Assembly (NCBI GenBank): GCA_963702435.1
Contig: CAVPCR010000003.1
Location: forward strand, 192,001-256,000
DNA length: 64,000 bases
Origin: Candidatus Eiseniibacteriota bacterium
GTDB taxonomy: Bacteria > Eisenbacteria > RBG-16-71-46 > CAVPCR01
Reading direction: 5' to 3'
In this document: piece after piece, positions 18,705-27,727 of the stretch
How positions within the stretch are numbered: the first letter of the stretch is position 1
Layout of the letters: each line of letters starts with the position of its first letter
Notes under the pieces: generated by a model
What the model was told of the DNA's origin: nothing
Seen by the model: only the letters and a program-made list of their open reading frames with translations
Databases searched by the model: none
Translations under genes and position numbers: made by a program

Positions 18705-18848
18705 CGTCCTCTAGGGCCACTCCTCAGGCATCTCCCCGCCCCCGGACCCGCGTCGAGTTCGCGCGGCCGGGTGGCTCCCGGCGCACCGGCCCGTTCGTCG
18801 GCGGCGCGCCCAGCGCGGCACCGGCCCGCCGGCACCGCAAGACGCCGG

Positions 18849-18854
18849 AGTATA
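18849..18854 (-). promoter_or_regulatory. Putative -10 element for the GlmL-like operon
   Basis: TATACT on the minus strand in a short AT-rich patch ~145 bp upstream of ATG 18704; no clear -35. Confidence 0.4.
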
Positions 18855-19011
18855 TAGAAAACGGATCAGACGAGGAAGGCTCGCACGAGCACCGGGCGCC
18901 GGCCCGATGCCCGGTGCGGAGGTCATCGTCGAGCCCATCGGCCGGCACCTCGAGACACCGGGGAGACAGCGTGAAGTGAACGCGAACGGGACAGCAGGCG
19001 GGCCTCCGGCC

Positions 19012-19087
19012 CTGCGGGTTCCTCCCAGGCCGGCGGGTTCCTCCTGGCCCGCGGATTCCTCCCAGGCCGGCGGGTTCCTCCCGGCCG
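19012..19087. repeat. Tandem ~18-20-bp repeat downstream of the HNH gene
   Basis: Four copies of GCGG(G/A)TTCCTCC followed by (CA)GGCC-type spacers. Confidence 0.7.
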
Positions 19088-19167
19088 AAGGGGCGCGCCC
19101 TGGGCTCATCCTCAGGCCCGGTCCCCGGCGCCCACTGCGGAGCGGCCCATAGTGTTCATGCAGGACC

Positions 19168-21435
19168 TTAACTGGCCATGTCATACCCAGCAGCTGAAAC
19201 AGGATAGAGCTGATCGACTTTGACTTCTCCCGTGAAGCGCAGCAGGGGCTCGCGGTCTCTCCGGCACCCCACCTCCCACATGAGCCCATCGGGAGCCCGC
19301 CCGACCACGCGAACGGAGCGCATGGTGTGCACATGTCCTATGTGGTGGGCGGCACACAGGGATGTGATGTTCCAGTCGACATCCGGCCCTCCGGCGCCCA
19401 GCGGTTTCGCGTGGTGCCGGTGGAGAGGCCCCCGCCCGCTGCAAACGGGGGTCTGGCAGACCCATCCATCCCGTTCCAGGGTCGGAAAGGCGGCCTTGAG
19501 GCGCTTCACCTCGGGGGTGTCGAGATACTCGGCCAGGAAGCCGAGGATCAGCATCTCGAGGCGCCGCCAGTCCGCCATCAGGCCCCCATCCGGATCCTGG
19601 CAGGACTCGAGCCCGGCCCGGAGAAAGGGGGCCATCTCGGCCGGGCAGAAGAAGCGGATGCGGGCCTCGAGCCGCGTGGGTTCGGGAGCCCCGGAGGCAT
19701 CCAGATCGAGGCCCACGATGTGCGGCCGGCCATGCTCCCTCGTCGGCGGCAATGCGCTCCCGAGGGGCAAGGTGGCCGGGTCGACGCAGACGGGCGGCTC
19801 GCCCGGCGCAGACGTTGACCAGAAGAGCAGATCGGGCCGGCAAGCGGGGTCCGGGGGGGCGGCGCTCCCACCAGCAGGGCAGTCCCGAGCCGGGCCGCGG
19901 TCCGGAGCCTCCCCGCCATCGCGGGACTCACCGTGATCCGGAGCTTGAGCGCAATCCGCAGCTTCCCCACGAAGCCAGTCTGGAAGCTCCGCCTGCCGCC
20001 TCCGGCCCATCGCCGACACCTCGCGAGCCCAGGCCGCCATCGTGCGCGGTTTCGCGCCGGGCAATCCAAAGAGCTCCGCATCCTCGACGGCCCGCGCCGT
20101 GGCCAGGCATGTTCGCTGCGCCGCCCACACGGCCCACGCCAATGCCGTCCCCTGCTGGACCACGCGCAGGAGGAGCACGATCTGCATGAAGCTCAGCTTC
20201 CCGGCGCGATACCCCGCTGCCAGCTCCGGGAAAGTTGCGAGGCCCGCTGCGAAGCGCATCAACCGCCCCGCCTCGCTCGCTCTGAGCCCCAGCCGCTCCG
20301 CCGTGTACTGGGCGAACGAGGCGAATCCCAGAGTGCGCCATCCCGCCATGTCCTGCATCCAGACGAGCAACTCCCCCTGGAGCCGCCGGATCTCCTTTCG
20401 CCAGGCCTCGAGCCCCAGCACGATGCGATCGAGCTCGAAGGCATCGACCACCGTTTCCGACTCGAGATCCGGCGGCATGTCCACGCGCTCGTGTTGCCAT
20501 TCCAGGAATCGCCAGCCGGCCGCCGCTGCGCGACACGATTCCTCGAGCCTCTCGAGATCCGACCAGGCGGCCTCATCCAGCTCCTGCTCGGTCGCCGGAT
20601 CATCGCCATCGAGCCCGAGCCGGGCGCGGAGGCGCGCCTGCCTCTCGGCCATCGCCGCGCTTTGCGCCGCCGCGGCGGCCTCCCCGGCTGCCAGGACGCT
20701 CGCCTCCTCCGCGGAGCCGAGCGCGGCGAATCGCTCCGCAACCATGAGTTCGAAGCAGCGGTAGGCCGGCAGGGACGACTGGGAGACGCGGTCAGCCGTC
20801 TCCCGCGCCACGCGCCAGAGCTCCGCGGTACGGTAGGGAACGCGGAACGAGAACCACTCCCCCGGCTCCGGTGCGCGCGGATCGGGCACGGCGCCCGCTG
20901 CCTCCGTCGAGCCGCCGGCCGCGCCGGCAGCAGGGCCGATCCCGGTCGCGCCCCGGAGCCGCGCTGCGGTCACAGCACGCTCGAGCCGCCGCACGGAGCA
21001 GCTGCGGGCGCGTGCGATCCACGCGTTCCGCTCCGCGGCTTCCGTTTCCCGACCCACGACCGCGAAGAGGAGGATCGCCTTCCATGTGGTGATGTCCCCG
21101 CGCTCGAGGGCGGCCCCGATCTCGGGAACCGTTTCACAACCGCGATCGAGGAGCTTCAGGTACTGGGTCCAGCGCATGGCGACGCCGACTCGCTCCCGCA
21201 CGTAGTCACGCCACAGCTCGAAGCCGAGCCGCCGATAGCGCCGGCCCTCCTGCAACCGCCGGAGGGCAGCGCCCAGGCCCCGATCGAGCGCGACCTCGAT
21301 GCCCGCCAGGTGCCACAGCTCGCGATCGACCGCGGGCGCGAGCCGCGGGCCGAAGCGAGCCCGCGTCCCCGCGCGGGCACCTCGCTGCCGCCGCCGCTGA
21401 TCCCGCCGCGGTGGCGGCGCTGCGTGCACCGACAT
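19168..21435 (-). CDS. HNH endonuclease with DUF222/13E12-repeat-like N-terminal region
   Basis: C-terminal LERDGWVCQTPVCS...LHRHHAKPLGAGGPDVDWNITSLCAAHH HNH motif; two copies of an 'LGF....Y..ER.G' helical module. Start placed at ATG 21435 after a GAGGGAGG SD-like motif. Confidence 0.8.
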   Translation of the reverse strand: MSVHAAPPPRRDQRRRQRGARAGTRARFGPRLAPAVDRELWHLAGIEVALDRGLGAALRRLQEGRRYRRLGFELWRDYVRERVGVAMRWTQYLKLLDRGCETVPEIGAALERGDITTWKAILLFAVVGRETEAAERNAWIARARSCSVRRLERAVTAARLRGATGIGPAAGAAGGSTEAAGAVPDPRAPEPGEWFSFRVPYRTAELWRVARETADRVSQSSLPAYRCFELMVAERFAALGSAEEASVLAAGEAAAAAQSAAMAERQARLRARLGLDGDDPATEQELDEAAWSDLERLEESCRAAAAGWRFLEWQHERVDMPPDLESETVVDAFELDRIVLGLEAWRKEIRRLQGELLVWMQDMAGWRTLGFASFAQYTAERLGLRASEAGRLMRFAAGLATFPELAAGYRAGKLSFMQIVLLLRVVQQGTALAWAVWAAQRTCLATARAVEDAELFGLPGAKPRTMAAWAREVSAMGRRRQAELPDWLRGEAADCAQAPDHGESRDGGEAPDRGPARDCPAGGSAAPPDPACRPDLLFWSTSAPGEPPVCVDPATLPLGSALPPTREHGRPHIVGLDLDASGAPEPTRLEARIRFFCPAEMAPFLRAGLESCQDPDGGLMADWRRLEMLILGFLAEYLDTPEVKRLKAAFPTLERDGWVCQTPVCSGRGPLHRHHAKPLGAGGPDVDWNITSLCAAHHIGHVHTMRSVRVVGRAPDGLMWEVGCRRDREPLLRFTGEVKVDQLYPVSAAGYDMAS

Positions 21436-21625
21436 CGATCCCTCCCTCTCGCCAGACAGGCGCGCTCCTCTCGACGCGCGCAACGCGCGCGCTCGAGGGG
21501 CCTGCCATTGCAAGAGGGTGGCCAACCGGGATCGGAAGTGCTCTTGGCGGCCATTCCGTTGCCAGTCCTATGGATAGCAGCAGCCGCCGGGATGCCGGCG
21601 TGAGCCACCGGGCACCCCCTGCGGA

Positions 21626-21656
21626 AACGGCGTTGTCACTCTATGACAACGCCGTT
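21626..21656. promoter_or_regulatory. Perfect 13-bp inverted repeat (terminator hairpin or operator)
   Basis: AACGGCGTTGTCA-CTCTA-TGACAACGCCGTT. Confidence 0.6.
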
Positions 21657-21720
21657 CACACACGCGGCCCACGAAAGGCCTTGCTCGCCTGCGCCGTTCC
21701 CGTGCGGCGCCCAGCAACCG

Positions 21721-22170
21721 CTAGACGCCGCCTCGCCGCGCGGCGTCTCGCGCCTCTTTCTCCGCCTTCTTCGCGGCGCGGGCGGCGGCCTTGGCCGCAC
21801 GCTCGCGGTCCCGCTCCTCCTCGTCCAGCGTCTCGATGATGACCAGGAGCCGCTCGAGCGCCTCGCGGTTCTCCATCAACCGCGCGAACTGCTCGTACTG
21901 CGAGATGTTGAAGAACGCCTTGATGAAGGGCTCGAAGAAGATGAGGGCCTGACTGCCGATGAAGCTGAGCGGCTTCACCGATTCGAGGAAGAACACGGCC
22001 GGCGTCGCCAGGCCCATGCGGACCACGCGCCCGGCCACGGAAGCGAGGAGCGCCTCGTCCTCCGGCGAAAAACGGGACGCCTTCTCGCGTCCCGGCCCGC
22101 CACCGCTGCCGGCACCGGGCGCGCCGCCAGGAGAGGATTCGCCGCCCTGCTCGGCCTTCTGGTCCGTCAT
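21721..22170 (-). CDS. Hypothetical protein
   Basis: Ordered core VVRMGLATPAVFFLESVKPLSFIGSQALIFFEPF...FARLMENREALERLL; same strand as the gcv genes. Confidence 0.75.
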   Translation of the reverse strand: MTDQKAEQGGESSPGGAPGAGSGGGPGREKASRFSPEDEALLASVAGRVVRMGLATPAVFFLESVKPLSFIGSQALIFFEPFIKAFFNISQYEQFARLMENREALERLLVIIETLDEEERDRERAAKAAARAAKKAEKEARDAARRGGV

Positions 22171-22293
22171 GCGCTGTCTCCGCTGCCTCGGCTACCTCTG
22201 CTGCCTCGGCTACCTCGCCTCGAGCGCGTCGCCTCCGACGCGCTGCCTCCCGATGCGCGACTTCCGATGCCCCGTCTCCCCACTCCTCGCAGC

Positions 22294-22824
22294 TTACCGC
22301 TTCCTCTGGTCGCTCATGGCCTCCAGCCGCGCGGCCACAGCGGCGACAACGGCCTCGCGATTCCCGGAGTAGAGGAGTCGCATTCCGCGGTAGGACTCGA
22401 GCCACGAGGCATGGAGAAACGGGCTCACCGTGATGCCCCGCGCGTCCGCGACATAGCTCCGGAGCACCGGCCACTCCCGGCGGCGCGAGCCGAAGAACGA
22501 GACTGCCTCGACCCCCGTCTCATCGATCCGGTAGCGGGTCGGAAAGAAGAACGGCGCCAGGGACAGGGTCAGGATGGCGAGGGCGATCCCTCCGAGCACC
22601 GGATCGCCTCCGTACATCCCGAGCCCGAACGATGCCGCGAGGATCGCCAGGGCCACGACCACCGCCTGCCCCGGCCGCTCGGCGGCCGGCCAGCTCCGCC
22701 AGGCCAGCGCCTCGCTCCCGCTCGCCGGAACTCCCCCGCTCGGAGCCCCCACGCTCGGAGCCCCCATGTTCGGAGCCCCCATGCCCGGAGCCCCCACGCT
22801 CTCTGCCTCGCTCAGGGTTGCCAC
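22294..22824 (-). CDS. Hypothetical protein with two TM helices and a small beta domain
   Basis: LAWRSWPAAERP, two TM helices, PFFFPTRYRIDETGV...RRREW...SPF...WLESYRG. The GTG start overlaps the end of gcvPB; start uncertain. Confidence 0.7.
   Translation of the reverse strand: MATLSEAESVGAPGMGAPNMGAPSVGAPSGGVPASGSEALAWRSWPAAERPGQAVVVALAILAASFGLGMYGGDPVLGGIALAILTLSLAPFFFPTRYRIDETGVEAVSFFGSRRREWPVLRSYVADARGITVSPFLHASWLESYRGMRLLYSGNREAVVAAVAARLEAMSDQRKR
22741..22800. repeat. In-frame 15-bp tandem repeat x4
   Basis: CGGAGCCCCCA(C/T)GNN x4, encoding SVGAP-GMGAP-NMGAP-SVGAP. Confidence 0.85.
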
Positions 22825-24413
22825 CGGAGCTTGAGCTCGCGCGCCGCCCGCGCCTCGTCGAGCCGGCGCACCGGCGTCGAGTGCGGCGCGTCGTGGAGCA
22901 CCGCCGGGTTCTCGCGCGCCTCCCGCGCGATGTCGTTGAGCGCCGCCGCGAAGCGATCCAGCGACTCCTTGGTCTCCGATTCGGTCGGCTCGATCATGAG
23001 CGCCTCGTGCACGATCAGCGGGAAGTACACGGTCGGCGCATAGAAGCCATGGTCGAGGAGACGCTTTGCCATGTCGGCGGTGCGCACGCCGAACTCCTTC
23101 TGGCGATCCCCCGACAGCACGAACTCGTGGAGCGACGGCCCGTCGTACGGCAGGTCGAACGCGCCCACGAGCAGCGACTTGAGGTAGTTCGCGTTGAGCA
23201 CCGCGTTCTCGGTCGCCTCGCGGATCCCGTCCGGTCCGAGCGCGAGGATGTAGGCGAGCGCGCGCACGTGCATGCCGAAGTTGCCGTAGAAGGAGTGCAC
23301 CTTGCCCACCGACTGCGGACGATCCCAGTCGAGGACGTAGCGCCCGCCGCGGTGCTCGATCGTCGGCCGGGGCAGATACGGCTCGAGCCGCGCCTTGACC
23401 CCGACCGGCCCCGACCCCGGCCCGCCACCGCCGTGCGGCGTCGAGAAGGTCTTGTGCAGGTTCAGGTGGCAGATATCGAAGCCCATGTCGCCAGGCCGCG
23501 TCACGCCGGCGAGCGCATTCAGGTTGGCGCCGTCCAGGTAGAGGAGCGCGCCTGCCTCGTGCACGCGGGCGGCGACCGCGAGGATGTCCTCCTCGAACAG
23601 CCCCAGCGTGTTCGGGTTGGTGACCATGAACACGGCTGTGCGCCCGTCGAGCGCCTGCGACAGCGCCTCGACATCCACGAGCCCGCGTGCGTTCGACTTG
23701 ATCTCGACCGGCTCGAAGCCGCACATGGCGGCGCTCGCCGGATTGGTGCCGTGCGCCGAGTCCGGGAAGATGACGCGCTTCCGCTCGTGCTCGCCGCGGT
23801 GGCGGAAGTAGGCGCGGGCGATGAGAAGCCCGGTGAACTCGCCCTGCGCCCCGGCGGCGGGTTGCAGGCTCACCCGGTCCATCCCGGTGATGACGGCGAG
23901 ATGCCGCCCAAGATCGGCCATCAGCGCCAAGGCGCCCTGTGCTCCCTGCTCCGGCGTGAGCGGGTGCAGATTGGCGAACCCGGCGAGCCCCGCGAGCGTC
24001 TCGTTCACCTTCGGGTTGTACTTCATGGTGCACGACCCGAGCGGGAATACATCGCGATCGATGTGGTGGTTCAAGACCGAGATGCGCGTGAAGTGGCGGA
24101 CCACCTGCGGCTCGGTCACCTCGGGGAGCCGCGGCTCCACGCGGCGCCGGAACTCCTTCGGCACCAGCTCTTCGACGGGCACATCGGGCACGTCGAGCGG
24201 CTCGAGGCGATAGCCGACATGTCCCGGCACGGACAGCTCGAAGATGAGGGGCTCGGTGCGCGCCCCGCCCGGCGCCGCGCCTGGCCGCCGCGCCTCCGCC
24301 CTGCGCCCCGCCGGCCGCCCGCGCACTCCGCCCTGCACCCCGCCGCGCGCCACGCCTCCGCCCTGCACTCCGCCGGCCCCGTCTCCCTGCTTCACATCCT
24401 TGGTCGTGCTCAT
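22812..24413 (-). CDS. gcvPB: Glycine dehydrogenase subunit 2
   Basis: PLGSCTMKYNPK, QPAAGAQGE, SAHGTNPASA, YLDGANLNA, HLNLHKTFSTPHGGGGPG (PLP lysine) and MIEPTESE. Gly-rich repetitive N-terminal extension. Confidence 0.97.
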   Translation of the reverse strand: MSTTKDVKQGDGAGGVQGGGVARGGVQGGVRGRPAGRRAEARRPGAAPGGARTEPLIFELSVPGHVGYRLEPLDVPDVPVEELVPKEFRRRVEPRLPEVTEPQVVRHFTRISVLNHHIDRDVFPLGSCTMKYNPKVNETLAGLAGFANLHPLTPEQGAQGALALMADLGRHLAVITGMDRVSLQPAAGAQGEFTGLLIARAYFRHRGEHERKRVIFPDSAHGTNPASAAMCGFEPVEIKSNARGLVDVEALSQALDGRTAVFMVTNPNTLGLFEEDILAVAARVHEAGALLYLDGANLNALAGVTRPGDMGFDICHLNLHKTFSTPHGGGGPGSGPVGVKARLEPYLPRPTIEHRGGRYVLDWDRPQSVGKVHSFYGNFGMHVRALAYILALGPDGIREATENAVLNANYLKSLLVGAFDLPYDGPSLHEFVLSGDRQKEFGVRTADMAKRLLDHGFYAPTVYFPLIVHEALMIEPTESETKESLDRFAAALNDIAREARENPAVLHDAPHSTPVRRLDEARAARELKLRWQP

Positions 24414-25783
24414 CGTCCTGCCTCCGCGAGGGCCGGCGCGCCCGCCTTCATCTCGGCCATCAGCTTCCCGAGTCGCTCGATCTCGGCGCGCGTACGGCGC
24501 TCGGTGACCGCCACGAGGAGGCCGTCCTCGAAGCTCGCATCGAGCCGCCTGAGCGGCACGCCGGCGAGCATCTGGTGGGCCAACCCGCGCTCCACGACGG
24601 CCTCGACCGAACCCGGCACGCGCACCGCGAACTCACGGAAGAAAGGCTCCTGGTGGAGCCGCGGGGCGCCGGCGCGCTCGAGCACGCGCGCCGCGAAGTG
24701 CGCCTTCTTCAGGCACTGCTCGGCCACCTCGCGGATCCCCTTCTTCCCCAGGAGCGAGAGGCTGATCGTGGCCATCAGGGCGACGAGTCCGGTGTTGGTG
24801 CAGATGTTCGAGGTCGCGCGCTCGCGCCGGATGTGCTGCTCGCGCGTCTGCAGCGTGAGCACGTAGCCGCGCCGGCCGTCCCGGTCCAGGGTCTCGGCGA
24901 CCAGTCGTCCGGGCAATCTCCGCAGATGCTCGCTCTTCGCCGCGAAGAAGCCGAGGACCGGACCGCCGTAGTTGGCGAAGGTGCCGAGCGACTGCCCCTC
25001 GCCGACCGCGATGTCGGCGCCGTAATCGCCCGGCGGGGCGAGGATGCCGAGCGAAATGGGATCCACGCTCGCGATGAGGAATGCCCCCGCGCGATGCGTG
25101 GCCTCCGCCAGGCGCCCCACGTCCTCGAGGCATCCGAACACGTTCGGATGCTGGACGACGACCGCGGCCACATCATCGCCCAGCTTCTCGGCGAGGAGCG
25201 CCGCCGGCGTCGTCCCGCCCGGCGCCGGCACCGTCTCGAACTCGAGCCCGGCGGCCGTGGCATAGGTGCGCGTGACCTCGGCATGGAAGGGGTGCACGCC
25301 GCCCAGGAAGAGGATCCGCGCGCGCTTCTTCGCACCCGCCGCCAGCATCACCGCTTCGGCCAGCGCCGAGCCGCCGTCATAAATGGAGGCATTCGCCACA
25401 TCCATGCCGGTCAGCTCGCAGATGAGCGTCTGGAACTCGAAGATCACGGCGAGTGTGCCCTGGCTCACCTCGGGCTGGTAGGGCGTGTAGGCGGTCGCGA
25501 ACTCGGAGCGGACGGCGAGGGCCCGCACGGCGGCCGGAACGTAGTGATCGTAGATCCCGGCGCCGAGGAACGAGGCCATCCGCTCGGTGTCGGCGTTGGC
25601 GGCGGCCAGCGCTCCGAGCTCACGAACGAGCCGATCCTCGCTGTGCGCCGGGGGCAAATCGAGGAGCCGGCGGTGGAGGAGCTTCGGGGGGATCGCCCTG
25701 AACAACTCATCGATGCTCGACACGCCGATCGCGGCGAGCATCGCTCGCCGCTCCGCATCACCCTTTTGTGTGTAACGGCTCAC
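24410..25783 (-). CDS. gcvPA: Glycine dehydrogenase subunit 1
   Basis: FLGAGIYDH, TAYTPYQPEVSQGTL, ANASIYDG and LQTREQHIRRERATSNICTN. Start placed at GTG 25783. Confidence 0.97.
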   Translation of the reverse strand: MSRYTQKGDAERRAMLAAIGVSSIDELFRAIPPKLLHRRLLDLPPAHSEDRLVRELGALAAANADTERMASFLGAGIYDHYVPAAVRALAVRSEFATAYTPYQPEVSQGTLAVIFEFQTLICELTGMDVANASIYDGGSALAEAVMLAAGAKKRARILFLGGVHPFHAEVTRTYATAAGLEFETVPAPGGTTPAALLAEKLGDDVAAVVVQHPNVFGCLEDVGRLAEATHRAGAFLIASVDPISLGILAPPGDYGADIAVGEGQSLGTFANYGGPVLGFFAAKSEHLRRLPGRLVAETLDRDGRRGYVLTLQTREQHIRRERATSNICTNTGLVALMATISLSLLGKKGIREVAEQCLKKAHFAARVLERAGAPRLHQEPFFREFAVRVPGSVEAVVERGLAHQMLAGVPLRRLDASFEDGLLVAVTERRTRAEIERLGKLMAEMKAGAPALAEAGR

Positions 25784-25872
25784 GCCTGTCCTCCCTCGCT
25801 CTGAAACCCCCCACCACGGCACGCCGAGCACCCGGCGAGCGGAGCACGCGGCTCCCCCTTCTTGCCCGCCGG

Positions 25873-26265
25873 TCAGGCTCCGATGTGATCCGAGTACTTG
25901 CCGGCGTCGAGCAGGATCCCGAGCTCGCCCTCGTCCTGGACGCGGATCTTGATCACCCAGCCCTCCTCATATGGAGACTCGTTGATGAGGCCGGGATTCT
26001 GCGTCAGGTGGTGATTGATCTCGACGATCTCGCCCGAGACCGGGGCGTAGAGATCGGCCACCGTCTTGACCGCCTCGATGAGGCCGAACGCCTTGCCCTG
26101 GACGGCCTTCTCGCCGATCTCGGGCAGCTCGACGTAGACCACGTCGCCGAGCTCGTTCTGCGCGTAGTCGGTGACGCCGACCGTCGCGACGCCATCCTCG
26201 ATCTCGACCCACTCGTGATCCTCGGTGTACTTGAGCTGTTCCGGGATCGTCTTGCCTTCCGCCAT
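25873..26265 (-). CDS. gcvH: Glycine cleavage system H protein
   Basis: LKYTEDHEWV, GVTDYAQNELGDVVYVELP, IEAVKTVADLYAPVSG (lipoyl lysine) and INESPYEEGW. Confidence 0.97.
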   Translation of the reverse strand: MAEGKTIPEQLKYTEDHEWVEIEDGVATVGVTDYAQNELGDVVYVELPEIGEKAVQGKAFGLIEAVKTVADLYAPVSGEIVEINHHLTQNPGLINESPYEEGWVIKIRVQDEGELGILLDAGKYSDHIGA

Positions 26266-26330
26266 CGATCCTCCCCCCGTGGCTTGCACCATGAGCGCCC
26301 CGCGTTGCCGGCCGCCCCCTGGCGGCCGCG

Positions 26331-27443
26331 TTACTTCGCGCCCGGTCGCTCGCGCTTGTAGAAAGGTTTCGCCATGACCCGGGCCGGAAACACCTGGTCG
26401 CGGATCGTCGCCTGGACCGGATCTCCCGCCGTCACCGTGCCGCTCGCGACGAGCGCAAGGGCATACCCCCCATCGAGCGTCGGCGCGAACATCCCGCTCG
26501 TCACCTCGCCGATCGGCTTTCCATCCCGCACGATCGCCGCTCCCTGCCGCGCGATCCGCGCGCCATCCATCTTCAGGCCGACGACGCGTCGCGGCACCCC
26601 CGCCTCGCGCTGGCGGCGGAGCGCATCCCCCCCGACAAACGACTTCTCGAGCTTGACCGCAAAGGCGATCCCCGCCTCGAGCGGCGTGATGTCGGCGGTG
26701 AGCTCGTGCCCGTAGAGGCAGAGCCCGGCCTCGAAGCGAAGCGTGTCGCGGGCGCCGAGCCCGGCCGGATGGACGCCGAGGTCGGCGCCCGCTCTCATGA
26801 GGCCGCGCCAGACGTCCTCCGCGGCGCCGGCCTCGACCATGAGCTCGTATCCGTCCTCCCCGGTGTAGCCGAGGCGGGCGATGATCGCCTCGTGCTCGAA
26901 GATGCGCCCGCGGCGGAAGCGGTAGTAGCCGATGTCGTCCACGCGCCCGCCCCCGGCCCGTCCGACGAGCTCCGGAGCGCGCGGCCCCTGCACGGCGATG
27001 AGCGCGGTCCGCGCCGAGATGTCCTCGAGGTCCACGCCGTGCGGCTTGTGGCTCGCGAGCCACTCGAAATCCTTCGGCGCGTTCGAGGCGTTGACGACCA
27101 TGTAGTAGTCGCCGGCGCCGGCGCGGTAGACGATCAGGTCGTCGACGGTGCCGCCGTTCTCGTAGCAGAGCGCCGAGTACACCGCCTGGCCGTCGGGAAT
27201 GCCGGCGATGCTATTGGTGACCATGTGGTCGAGGAAGGCCTCCGCTCCCGCCCCCCGGACATGGAACCGTCCCATGTGCGAGACGTCGAAGAGCCCCACG
27301 GCCTCGCGCACGGCGCGGTGCTCGGGGAGGATGCCGTCGTAGAGGAGAGGCATGTCCCACCCGGAGAAGTCGACCATCTTGGCGCCTAGCTCCCGGTGGA
27401 CGGCGTTGAGCGGAGTCTTCGCTGGCGGAGGGCCTCCGAGCAT
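26331..27443 (-). CDS. gcvT: Aminomethyltransferase (glycine cleavage T protein)
   Basis: KTPL, FSGWDMPLLY, GLFDVSHMG, GYTGEDGYE and GLGARDTLRFEAGLCLYGHE. Confidence 0.97.
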   Translation of the reverse strand: MLGGPPPAKTPLNAVHRELGAKMVDFSGWDMPLLYDGILPEHRAVREAVGLFDVSHMGRFHVRGAGAEAFLDHMVTNSIAGIPDGQAVYSALCYENGGTVDDLIVYRAGAGDYYMVVNASNAPKDFEWLASHKPHGVDLEDISARTALIAVQGPRAPELVGRAGGGRVDDIGYYRFRRGRIFEHEAIIARLGYTGEDGYELMVEAGAAEDVWRGLMRAGADLGVHPAGLGARDTLRFEAGLCLYGHELTADITPLEAGIAFAVKLEKSFVGGDALRRQREAGVPRRVVGLKMDGARIARQGAAIVRDGKPIGEVTSGMFAPTLDGGYALALVASGTVTAGDPVQATIRDQVFPARVMAKPFYKRERPGAK

Positions 27444-27506
27444 GGAGTTTCCTGGCTCCTTTCCGGCGGCCGTGGGGAATCGCCCGCCCAAGCGATCGAG
27501 CGGCCG

Positions 27507-27535
27507 AGTCTAGACCGGGCCCGGCGCCCAGTCAA
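27507..27535 (-). promoter_or_regulatory. Putative sigma70 promoter of the gcv operon
   Basis: Minus strand TTGACT (27535-27530), 17 bp spacer, TAGACT (27512-27507). Confidence 0.6.
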
Positions 27536-27539
27536 CGCC

Positions 27540-27569
27540 TTGAGCGGAGCGTAAGTTGCGTGCTATACT
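27540..27569 (+). promoter_or_regulatory. Putative divergent sigma70 promoter of the CotH gene
   Basis: TTGAGC (27540-27545), 18 bp spacer, TATACT (27564-27569) with TGn extension. Confidence 0.55.
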
Positions 27570-27727
27570 ACTATTGGACGGGAGTTCCCGCCGGACTCCC
27601 GGACTCCGTGTATCTCCGTGCTCCGCGCCCCGAGCCCACAGCGCGGCCGGCACGGCCCATGGCTGGCCGCGGGCGGCCAGCCCAGGATGGAAGCCGGCTC
27701 GCCCCCCCCCAGCGAGGATGATCGCCG

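Noticed and set aside
19168..21435. Cas9, IscB or group II intron-associated HNH
   Set aside because: No RuvC or RT motifs; the architecture fits DUF222-like HNH proteins.
27444..27727. Glycine riboswitch upstream of gcvT
   Set aside because: The putative promoter leaves a leader of only ~55 nt and no GGAGA...CCGAAG...CUCUCAGG aptamer pattern is seen.
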